Origin: Meyerozyma guilliermondii
Taxonomy: Eukaryota
Direction of reading: 5' to 3'
Length of the DNA stretch: 64,000 nucleotides
Assembly: GCA_051546255.1 (NCBI GenBank)
Contig: CP128817.1
Location: forward strand, 1,612,001-1,676,000
Both the position numbers and the translations under genes were made by a program. Under the pieces are notes generated by a model that saw nothing but the letters and a program-made list of their open reading frames with translations, was not told the DNA's origin and ran no database searches. Shown in pieces: positions 9,505 to 18,363 of this stretch; positions within the stretch are counted from its first letter, which is position 1; each line of letters opens with the position of its first letter.

Positions 9505-9755
9505 GATCATTCGGAAAAACCAGTGCTCCACAAAATGGTGGCTTTGTGTAACTTGGCGCCAGAATTTCCGGGGCGGGTCGGGGAAATTTTGAGCGGGGGT
9601 GGGGTTTGCGTACAGGAATGCTTCCGAAACTCCGTAGGGTAATATCTCCGGGGCAGGCATTATGCCGGAAAATTTACAATTTGCGTGCGGCGCGGCTGGA
9701 AATGCAACATTACTCGGAATGTAACATTGTGCGGGTGCATAAGCGGAACAATTGA
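9505..9755. promoter_or_regulatory. RGT1 upstream region with Rgt1-type CGGANNA and Mig1-type SYGGGG sites
   Basis: CGGAAAA 9512 and 9666, CGGAACA 9744; CCGGGG 9568 and 9648, GCGGGG 9593, GTGGGG 9599, several preceded by AT-rich boxes. Confidence 0.5.
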
Positions 9756-9812
9756 TCTCCGATTGATTAACCGAGGAAATCCCGAACGGAATCATTAAAT
9801 CTATTATTATTA

Positions 9813-11858
9813 TTAACCCATGTAGAGTACTAGATCCCACTCGCGAACCAAGTCCATCCAACTGACATCTTCGCCCACTTCTCGTCGTTTCCAAACTTCG
9901 TACAAAATCTGCTTAGCTCGCCAATGATTTGCCCATCCAAAATGGGAATTATTCCATAATTTTTTTATTCTTTCTTGCAATTCCGGATCGACGGTATCAC
10001 TTCCGCAAATTAGGATGATGAAGAATGGCGGCTTGAAACCATAGTCGCTGCCCGGTTTATCATTGACAAGTAATAGTTGATCCAATTCATCGAGACAGGA
10101 TCGGATTATATGCTGGTAAGTTTTCAATGGAGCCTCTTTAATTAGTCTTGTAAAGTATACTCTCATGGCAAAGTAGAGACACTTGGCATTGCGGTACAAC
10201 CCTTCATGAAGTACCAGGCGAAATGGTGGGCTAGCAAGGTCAAATTTGGATACGTCAAAGGTGTTTAATTCGTCCTCCATTTCAGCACAAATTTTGGGAA
10301 AATTTCGAGGAAACACTTTGCGGCTTCGGAATATACTCTTGTGGTTCGTCAAGTGGATTATTCTCAGGAAAAGGTCCAACATTTGTTTCTTGTACCCCCA
10401 CATTAAGTATATGGACTCTGTAGTTACTAGTGGTTCAAGAGCATTTGGTAAACTGAGACGGTCTATTTTGCGCCTTTTGGCGCTCAGTGACAAACTTGGT
10501 ATTGATTTGACGGCACCAGGTGATGATACAACACTGGGACTCAGCTCTTCCTCTGCTTTCAGGCCCTCTATTAAGTCGTAATTTTCATCCAAATCTCGAT
10601 AATTGTCGGTTATATCGGCAGGATCGATGGAGTAGTTGAACACATTAACCTCTAAAGTTGCCAGGTAAAACACACTAGCAATGGTAAATGTGTGTACCAA
10701 GAAGCTGGGAAGGTTTGGTAGTTCTCGGTTCTTGAATTTGTTCTCGACAATGTAATCTCCAATAGCAAAAGCTAGGTTATAATTTTCGAATACTCCAAAA
10801 ACACTGTCAAATTGAACTTGCAAGAGAATGCAAAGAAGCATCAAGTTTTCATATTCGATTTGGTTGTATGAAAAATGATCGCTGTTGCTGTCGTAGTCAT
10901 CCAAATGACTGTTCAAAATGGTGCTACAAACCTTGCGAATTTTGAGACACACAGCGAGATAGTGGGGTTGGTGTCTAGCCAATGAAAATGCAGCCATGCC
11001 TAGAGCTAGGTACAAAGCCGCCAACTTGAGGTTATTGATGAGCTGCGCAGGTGAGAAATTCTCATTATACTGGCCATTCCAAGTGTTATAGTTGCAAACG
11101 TACTCGCCCACTAGACAGTTGATATATGGAATTATCACCAGCGACCAGTAATTGTCGTGCCAGTAGACCTTTAGAAATGCAAACTGTTTGCTGTCCAAGT
11201 GCTTGAGGAGGTCCCAAAACGTGGATTTGACGATCAAGTCCTGACCTTGCAGCGTCATCAATTCGTTGAGAAACGTTTGTGAAACGAGCCAGTCGTCCGA
11301 GTCTATGTTAGGAAAAAACTTGGGATACAAAATATGGAGCATGTTCTGGTCTCGAATAAGGTAATCGGGACCTTTAATTGCCATAATTGAGAGCCGGGCT
11401 GAATTTACAAGCTCATGATGAATCCACGACGTTTGGTCCTGAGTCATGTCTACTCCATCAGTTTCTGCCACAGCCACCCGCGAGCTAACGGGCCAGTTGT
11501 AGGCGCCGAACGGACCTCTTTCAACATCTTTTGCCCCGGTTTCCACACTTGTTTCGAGCGCTTTCAACTCGTGATTCAACCGTGAAAAAGTGAGGTAAAC
11601 CATGTTTTTAGGGTACTTGACAAAATCCACACTGCTTCTTTGCGACCCAGGGTCATCGCCGTCATCTCCGCTATCCAAGGCTACCATTCTAGTCCCCTGG
11701 AGCCCCATCTGGACCAGCCATCGAAGCTTCACATCATAGCCTTTACACTCTAGATTCGAGTTTTTGCACCGCAAGCATCCCGGTCTTCTCAAGTCACACT
11801 TGACTTTGCGCTCCCGACACGTCCAGCAGCCATTGAACGTTCTATTCTTGGCGGGCAT
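9813..11858 (-). CDS. Zn2Cys6 transcription factor of the Arg81/Thi2 family (ARG83-like)
   Basis: MPAKNRTFNGCWTCRERKVKCDLRRPGCLRC...CKGYDVKLRW(S); C-terminal NHWRAKQILYEVWKRR...WMDLVREWD. ATG at 11858. Confidence 0.85.
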   Translation of the reverse strand: MPAKNRTFNGCWTCRERKVKCDLRRPGCLRCKNSNLECKGYDVKLRWLVQMGLQGTRMVALDSGDDGDDPGSQRSSVDFVKYPKNMVYLTFSRLNHELKALETSVETGAKDVERGPFGAYNWPVSSRVAVAETDGVDMTQDQTSWIHHELVNSARLSIMAIKGPDYLIRDQNMLHILYPKFFPNIDSDDWLVSQTFLNELMTLQGQDLIVKSTFWDLLKHLDSKQFAFLKVYWHDNYWSLVIIPYINCLVGEYVCNYNTWNGQYNENFSPAQLINNLKLAALYLALGMAAFSLARHQPHYLAVCLKIRKVCSTILNSHLDDYDSNSDHFSYNQIEYENLMLLCILLQVQFDSVFGVFENYNLAFAIGDYIVENKFKNRELPNLPSFLVHTFTIASVFYLATLEVNVFNYSIDPADITDNYRDLDENYDLIEGLKAEEELSPSVVSSPGAVKSIPSLSLSAKRRKIDRLSLPNALEPLVTTESIYLMWGYKKQMLDLFLRIIHLTNHKSIFRSRKVFPRNFPKICAEMEDELNTFDVSKFDLASPPFRLVLHEGLYRNAKCLYFAMRVYFTRLIKEAPLKTYQHIIRSCLDELDQLLLVNDKPGSDYGFKPPFFIILICGSDTVDPELQERIKKLWNNSHFGWANHWRAKQILYEVWKRREVGEDVSWMDLVREWDLVLYMG

Positions 11859-12000
11859 GTAGAACCATGCGTCACCGTCGCACCGTAACGTCGCACAAGT
11901 GAAGAAATCTGGGGTTGAATCGCGGACGGGACTGCAGATAAGGCGTGTGAACTCACCTTCGATGAGGGCATCTTGATAAACAACTGGTGTATCTAAAAGC

Positions 12001-13320
12001 ATGGCTACGCAAGAAATATACGGCGTGGGGTTCGAATTCGATCCTCTGATCCCCAAAATCTTGCCTCATCTGAAAGTCTACTCGATACAAATCGGCTACA
12101 AGCTTTTTCGAATCAGTGGAGCATCTTTGTCCTCGGACGCTCCGTCGTATTTCACCAATTACTTTCTTACCAAAGGAAACGAGGACAAGACGTTGTTTGT
12201 GGACCGCAGTCCCACGGTGTTTGAGTACATCTACCAGCACTTACAAGGATATCATGTGGAAGTGCCCAACAGTGAAATCTATACCCAGCTCTGGCTCGAC
12301 AGCTATTACTTTCAAGTCAAACGGCTTCGAAACATTCTCCGCGATGAAGGAATCTTTGTCAATGTGGGTGGTGAGAACTTCAAGGTACCTCAGCAATTGC
12401 TCATGGAAACGGGAAACCATCCAAACTATTTTTCAGTGAGTCTTGACTCGTTGGGTACCGACCAGTTTCGGCTAGTTGAACGGTTGAAGGTGATACGACC
12501 TCCACCCCAGAAAACCATCAGTGTGCCACACAGGTCGCCCAGGCTCTTCAGTGACTTGATGGAGGTTTTGCGTGGAAATACCACAGTTCTTGGTGACAAA
12601 ACCCATCGCAGATTATTGATAAGAGAGTGTCGCTATTACCGACTCCAGGAACTCGAACAGCGAATAGTCAACTGTCGAATATCTGCCAACAGCCACTTTG
12701 AAAACAAACAGGATATCCTCATAGATATAGTCGACGTCTCGCCCAAGGGAATCATCTACAACAACGACACAGCCGGCAAAGAATCGCATGTACAATACAC
12801 CCGCCCGTTCATCAAGAAGGAAAAAAAGAGCAACTTGATCCTCCAGTTCAATTCAGACTACTGTGAAGTCACAAGAAAACTAAATTCTAGTCCCAAATTG
12901 GTGTTGAACAGGAAACTTGGTCTAGCATTTGTACGACTTAGCGGGAACCATTGTCTCAAATTGATGAATTCATTGGACATTACGGACCTTCCCGTCGACA
13001 ACACAGAAGATGGGCCTTCAGTAATGATCTTTGCTGGTTTGGCCAACGCAAATACTACGATAAATGGTCTGGAAGTCCTGAAAACTTGGGCCCAAGATTT
13101 GATAGGAGTGCCTTTACGAACAGACGGAGAGATTCCGGCACCCGATTCGAAACGACAGAAGCTTGCTCATGGAGTCAATGGCGATGTGATAGAACTCTCG
13201 TTGGTGAAATCCAGCTGGCGGGTGTTTCTGACAAATAAAGTATTTCGATTCCACGGCGTGGCTATCGAGGCAGTTACCGACGAGCTTTCGTTCTACAAGA
13301 CAAATTTTGAGTTTTTGTGA
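12001..13320 (+). CDS. Tandem BTB/POZ-domain protein (YLR108C/YDR132C-like)
   Basis: YSIQIGYKLFRISGASLSSDAPSYFTNYF...LFVDRSP..FEYIYQHLQGY; second BTB with NYF...RSPRLFSDLMEVLRGN...ECRYYRL. Confidence 0.85.
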   Translation: MATQEIYGVGFEFDPLIPKILPHLKVYSIQIGYKLFRISGASLSSDAPSYFTNYFLTKGNEDKTLFVDRSPTVFEYIYQHLQGYHVEVPNSEIYTQLWLDSYYFQVKRLRNILRDEGIFVNVGGENFKVPQQLLMETGNHPNYFSVSLDSLGTDQFRLVERLKVIRPPPQKTISVPHRSPRLFSDLMEVLRGNTTVLGDKTHRRLLIRECRYYRLQELEQRIVNCRISANSHFENKQDILIDIVDVSPKGIIYNNDTAGKESHVQYTRPFIKKEKKSNLILQFNSDYCEVTRKLNSSPKLVLNRKLGLAFVRLSGNHCLKLMNSLDITDLPVDNTEDGPSVMIFAGLANANTTINGLEVLKTWAQDLIGVPLRTDGEIPAPDSKRQKLAHGVNGDVIELSLVKSSWRVFLTNKVFRFHGVAIEAVTDELSFYKTNFEFL

Positions 13321-13477
13321 ATGAAAGCTATTTAACAGATTCCACAGTGAATTTATTTTTAAGCGACTCTATCTTGATACTGGTGTTTTACCATTGAAGT
13401 CTACAGCATTCATTGGACTGAAATTGATTCACACAGAAATATCAGTCTGAGAGAAGTTAACCTCATTTCGGCTTTAA

Positions 13478-14236
13478 TTAATTTACATACTCTTCGTTGG
13501 CATAATGGTAGTCAGTGACAACCACCTTGAATTCGTCGGTTGTGGGATCATAAGACTCGATATCAAAGGATGACAAGTCAGAAACCACAATATCAGCTCC
13601 GGAATTCTGAACCTTTTCAGGATCATAAGTGGAACAAATTCCCACTATCATGGCTCCGGCATCTTTGCCAGCTTTAATACCCGCAGGAGCATCTTCAAAA
13701 ACCACCACTTTTTTGTGTGGAGCGTCATAGCCAAGCTGTTCCCGTGCCGATTTGTAGCCTTGAGGATGAGGTTTGCCCTGGCTAACTTTTTCGGCAGTAA
13801 TGAAGCAATCTGGTTTTTCAATCGTGAGGAGTTTCAACCACTTGGAAGCCAAAGGCAAGGTTCCAGAAGTAACTATGGCCCATCGTTGGTGCTTGTTGTT
13901 GGTTAAAGTCTTGGACATGTGATCAAACTTCTTGACTAGCTCAACGGCCCCGGGAATCGGTTTGGCATATGATCCAAAAGAGTCTGGAATTGATGCTTCC
14001 CATTCCGTCACCTGCTTTTCCTCAGCGTCATCCGGCGACCATTTTGCAATCACGTCGTAGGTACGACATCCATGGGAAGTTTTGATGATTTCCTCGGCAT
14101 TCACATGGGGTCTGGTATCGGCAAACTGTCTCCAGAATTCTGAGATGGCACCGGTGGAATTGACCAATGTTCCATCGCAGTCAAAAAGTGCAGCGTGAAC
14201 GTAAAAGTGAGCTGGTTTCTTAACTGAAGGTGTCAT
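13478..14236 (-). CDS. GPP1: Glycerol-3-phosphate phosphatase (HAD family, Gpp1/Rhr2)
   Basis: ALFDCDGTLVNSTGAISEFW; SHGCRTYDVIAKW; WAIVTSGT; GKPHPQGY; VVFEDAPAGIKAG. TATATATA about 30 nt upstream. Confidence 0.92.
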   Translation of the reverse strand: MTPSVKKPAHFYVHAALFDCDGTLVNSTGAISEFWRQFADTRPHVNAEEIIKTSHGCRTYDVIAKWSPDDAEEKQVTEWEASIPDSFGSYAKPIPGAVELVKKFDHMSKTLTNNKHQRWAIVTSGTLPLASKWLKLLTIEKPDCFITAEKVSQGKPHPQGYKSAREQLGYDAPHKKVVVFEDAPAGIKAGKDAGAMIVGICSTYDPEKVQNSGADIVVSDLSSFDIESYDPTTDEFKVVVTDYHYANEEYVN

Positions 14237-14451
14237 TGATGAACCGCATCGGCGGAGCGCTACAAATATATATACTTGGGGCTGGAAAAATCGAACATTC
14301 GATAAGGTGTACTAAGCGTCTTGACGTAATTGTGTGCAGCCCTGACGTATGCACGCATCCCAATCGGGTAATTTATGTAATCGAGCAACCACCAAAATTG
14401 CACCCAGAAGATTCAACCCGGAGTTTCAACCACAAGTTTCTTCCAAGACGA

Positions 14452-15324
14452 TCATATGCTAAAGTCCGCTATCACAGGAGAGTGGTCGCTGATAACCACG
14501 TTTCCAGATGTGGAACTCAATATTTCATACAGGTCCACTTTGACCTTGGACCCGTGATCTTGAAAAAAGATAAAATCTATGGTTTTCGGATGGTTGAATT
14601 GAAACCCTGAATTGGTGGATTTCTCCTTGTTATCCACTCCTTTGGGATCTGGCGCAATCAGTGCAGGAGTCATTTGAGTTGCAACATATTTATATGGAGC
14701 AGATGTCCGTTTTGCATTGAAGTCTCCTCCAAGAAAAACTGGCGAACCTTGTCTGGTGTGATTCACGTATGTTATAATGTCACGCACAGACTCGTATCGC
14801 ACATGGTCATCATGGGGGTCCAAATGGGTATTGAAATAGTGAATAGTGCGGCCACTCGAAACATGACGAAGTTCGGCAAACGTCACAATTCGTTCATATT
14901 TCGAACCATAGCCTCTACTGGGCTTATCAGGAGTCTCACTGAGCCATTTGGTAGTTCCATTGACAAGTTCCCATTCGTTGGACTTGTATATAATTGGGCA
15001 ATATTCACCTTTAGTGTCTCCGCTGCCTCCAACACCAAAAAATTTCCATTCCGGGCCCAATCCTTTCATTATGTCATCGAGCTGTCCACGAAGTGCCTCT
15101 TGCAACCCTACGATAGTAGGATGCTGGGAAGTATAGTTCTTGATGCTATCAATGACTCCTGCCTTTCTCTCGCTCCAAGGTTTTTCACCAGGCACCAAAT
15201 TTCCCGATGCCGTCTTGATATTGAAGTCATAAACTCTGAACGTCAATGGTTTCTGGACACTAGCAGCCCAGGCAAGAGAAGTCACAAACAAAAAAACAAG
15301 AAACTTTTCAACTAAGTTTTTCAT
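14452..15324 (-). CDS. Secreted endonuclease/exonuclease/phosphatase (EEP, DNase I-like fold) protein
   Basis: Signal peptide, then the full EEP motif set: DFNIK, GLQE, WLSETPD, FNTHLD, GDFNA, IDFIF, SDHSPV. Confidence 0.88.
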   Translation of the reverse strand: MKNLVEKFLVFLFVTSLAWAASVQKPLTFRVYDFNIKTASGNLVPGEKPWSERKAGVIDSIKNYTSQHPTIVGLQEALRGQLDDIMKGLGPEWKFFGVGGSGDTKGEYCPIIYKSNEWELVNGTTKWLSETPDKPSRGYGSKYERIVTFAELRHVSSGRTIHYFNTHLDPHDDHVRYESVRDIITYVNHTRQGSPVFLGGDFNAKRTSAPYKYVATQMTPALIAPDPKGVDNKEKSTNSGFQFNHPKTIDFIFFQDHGSKVKVDLYEILSSTSGNVVISDHSPVIADFSI

Positions 15325-15583
15325 TTTATGGCTGCGAATTACGGCCCTAGTCTATCTTTTATCCTGGCATTCTACCGCTGTGCCAGCATGGCTGAAATGT
15401 GTCTAGGGAACAAAGCCTCGCGCATCAGTTAATTATAGAATTCCACCACACATTTACCGCTGATGATAGACGCCTACTTCGTCAGCCACTCTCCCATCCA
15501 GTGCACCCATACGTTATCATGTCCCAAGGCTTAGGTATGGTGTTGAAAAAATAAGCGTCGAGCATTGTTCCTCGGGACCGGGA

Positions 15584-16978
15584 TCAAACCACAATTTTTT
15601 TTATTCCCGCGTACAAGTAGCGAGCCGTAAGCGCCCCCAAAGTGCCCATAAAGGAGCATAAAGCGACGAAAAGAACGAGATACTCATAATTTCGCAGCCA
15701 TGGTGGAGGTGACTTTCCCACAATAGCACCACCAATAGGCACTCCAAAGAGATCACCGAGCGAAAGTATCGCGAATGCGGTTCCGCTACGTTTTCCAAAA
15801 TCTTTTGTTTCGCAGGTTTGGCCAATGCAAGCAGGTCCGAGGCTTAGGATGGAACCACTGGTAAACCCATAAATAGCAGCAAATACGTATAATGCCGCAA
15901 TATGTTTACTGAATGGGGGAGGAAGCCATATGACAAAGTGCATGATTGTGGAGAGGCTGCTGATCAAGCACAACGTGTTAAACCGGCCGTATCTGTCTGC
16001 CATCCAACCTGGAAGCACTCTTCCGGGAATCGATAATGAGTTGAAAACCACCAATAAGAGGTAAGCTTGAGACTCATTATAGCCATGAAACACCGCATAC
16101 AGCGGGAGGTAGGTCTGGGTTACCAAAAATGCAAAACCGTTGCCTAGTAACGCGAGAACTAGGCAGGTGTAGATTTTTTGTCTGAAGGCTGTGAAATCGA
16201 TCGATCTTATTATCTGCATAGTGAGATCTCCAATTGAGGAATGGGTTTGACCAGGATGCAAAATGTGTCTTCTATCACGAACCAATAAGAACCCAACAAC
16301 AAGAGCGAAAAGACAAATAAATGCTGCAATTCTAATGGACCATCCAAATCCAAGTTTGGGGAGCAACAGGCGGAAAAGAACAGGAAGTGTAAGACCACCT
16401 ACGGCTCCTCCAATGTAACCAATTCCAATTGCCTGGCCTCGTTTCCGAAGAAACCAATGTGAAATAGAACCTACAAACGGTCCAAATGTGAGAGCCAATC
16501 CAATTCCACTGGCAATTCCATAGCTTAGAATAAACTGGTAGATGGTTGTGGAAACCGACATACACATTAGACCCACCATAGTGAACACTATACCCACTGC
16601 AATGGGTATTTTGGCACCAATTCGATCAAATATTGGTCCCAGCACAAGTGTACCTCCAAAACCCACAAATGAGTTGATTGAAAAAATCCATCCAATGGTG
16701 GAAGAATCATACCCTGTAAGAATATGGTCCTTGATATAGTTCTGTAGCACCCCCGAAGCATTTGTGAATGCCAACAAGCCGTAGAATCCAAAAAATGACC
16801 CCAACACCACCAGATACGCCGCCCAACCACCTTCTGGAAACATATCTGGATCATCCAGAAGATCAAAAGGACCTTTTTGTGACACTTTTGTTTGCTCCTG
16901 AAACTCCAGAACAGTACACGGACTCAGGGCTTCTAGTGAGTGTTCCTCTTCAGCAACACGCTCATCCTCAGCCACCAT
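15584..16978 (-). CDS. MFS monocarboxylate-porter family (Mch4/Mch5-like)
   Basis: FPEGGWAAYLVVLGSF; GPIFDRIG; HWFLRKRGQAIGI; GRVLPGWMADRYGRFN; about 12 hydrophobic segments. First ATG at 16978 (track start is GTG). Confidence 0.9.
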   Translation of the reverse strand: MVAEDERVAEEEHSLEALSPCTVLEFQEQTKVSQKGPFDLLDDPDMFPEGGWAAYLVVLGSFFGFYGLLAFTNASGVLQNYIKDHILTGYDSSTIGWIFSINSFVGFGGTLVLGPIFDRIGAKIPIAVGIVFTMVGLMCMSVSTTIYQFILSYGIASGIGLALTFGPFVGSISHWFLRKRGQAIGIGYIGGAVGGLTLPVLFRLLLPKLGFGWSIRIAAFICLFALVVGFLLVRDRRHILHPGQTHSSIGDLTMQIIRSIDFTAFRQKIYTCLVLALLGNGFAFLVTQTYLPLYAVFHGYNESQAYLLLVVFNSLSIPGRVLPGWMADRYGRFNTLCLISSLSTIMHFVIWLPPPFSKHIAALYVFAAIYGFTSGSILSLGPACIGQTCETKDFGKRSGTAFAILSLGDLFGVPIGGAIVGKSPPPWLRNYEYLVLFVALCSFMGTLGALTARYLYAGIKKIVV

Positions 16979-17470
16979 AAGCTCGCCAAACTTGTTTAGT
17001 TTCCGGAATTGTTGCACCTAATAAGTAAAGTTCCGAAAAATGTTAGCCGCGCATTCGGAAATGGGCCGGGTCGGACCGCGATGCGGCTACTCGATAAGCG
17101 TAAGCGGAATTTGCAGTATACGAGATGGAAAAAGAACTGCAAATAGCTAATTGATAAGTGACATCAATAAGAGACAATTAGGAGATATATAAGAGAAAAA
17201 TGGGAGTAGATAAACAAGTAATTTACGAAAGAATTGTAATGAGTTTTTTCTGGTTTTGATTTTTCTTTCCTAATTCATCCCTGCTGTCTCTTCCCGAAGA
17301 CTGTCTCGGCTACGCAATTACCAAATTCATCAATCACCTTCAGTCACCTTCAATTGCACCTTTCGTCGCGCACCAGGAACCAAATACCTCACAACACCAG
17401 CAAGACACACCCCAACACCAACAACCGCTCCTCACCACTTCGCAGATAGCGTTGAATACGGTCCCTGATT

Positions 17471-18061
17471 ATGTCTTACTTTCAATTGGCACCAGTGGCA
17501 GCCATCGCCGTGGTCGGTGGCTACATGCTATTCACTGGGTCTGGAGAATCATTTAATGTGGGCGAATTTCTCCAAACAACCTCCCCATACATGTGGGCAA
17601 CTTTGGGAATCGCCGCCTGTATTGGATTATCTGTCGTGGGGGCAGCATGGGGAATATTCGTTACTGGTTCCTCCATTATAGGTGCCGGAGTCAAGGCTCC
17701 CAGAATCACCACCAAAAATTTGATTTCCATCATTTTCTGTGAAGTGGTGGCCATCTATGGTTTGATCATGGCCATTGTGTTTTCTTCAAAACTCACCAAT
17801 GTGCTGGAATCGGCATTGTTTTCGAAAGAAAACCTCTATACTGGCTACTCATTGTTCTGGGCGGGAATAACCGTGGGTGTTTCCAACTTGATTTGTGGAG
17901 TTGCCGTTGGTATAACTGGGTCCACGGCGGCCATCAGTGATGCCGCTGATTCGTCATTATTCGTCAAGATTTTGGTCATTGAGATCTTTGGCTCGGTGTT
18001 GGGGTTGTTCGGCTTGATTGTTGGGTTGTTGATGGCCGCCAAGGCCCAGGAATTCCAGTGA
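17471..18061 (+). CDS. VMA16: V-ATPase V0 proteolipid c''
   Basis: [10 protein letters not shown]...[10 protein letters not shown]...[23 protein letters not shown]...[23 protein letters not shown]. Confidence 0.97.
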   Translation: MSYFQLAPVAAIAVVGGYMLFTGSGESFNVGEFLQTTSPYMWATLGIAACIGLSVVGAAWGIFVTGSSIIGAGVKAPRITTKNLISIIFCEVVAIYGLIMAIVFSSKLTNVLESALFSKENLYTGYSLFWAGITVGVSNLICGVAVGITGSTAAISDAADSSLFVKILVIEIFGSVLGLFGLIVGLLMAAKAQEFQ

Positions 18062-18363
18062 GAGAATCTCGAGTTTGGAATATTATACAAAACCCGTACA
18101 GAATATTAGTAAACTTGCTAAATATTATCTACAGAAAAAAGTAGAAATGAAACTTATCTAGAACGCTAGTAGTACCATTTGATGCTAGTATACACAGCTT
18201 TTATTTACGAATCAGTGTTTTTCAAAATTACCAGTTACTTGCAACGCTATCAAGTAGCTTATAATCGCAACTCCAGAACGGTACAAAGGAAACTATTCTA
18301 AATCCTATCGAGGTTCACTTTTACACCTTTTATTCTGAATCTACCATCATTTACGCTATGCCT

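Noticed and set aside
9460..9894. 144-aa ORF between the ARG81-like gene and RGT1
   Set aside because: TTG start, overlaps the neighbouring CDS, no motifs; the region is explained as GC-rich promoter sequence.
17018..17047. GCTAAC...TAG upstream of the MCH-type transporter (possible intron 3' end)
   Set aside because: No convincing donor upstream, and an in-frame ATG at 16978 is sufficient.
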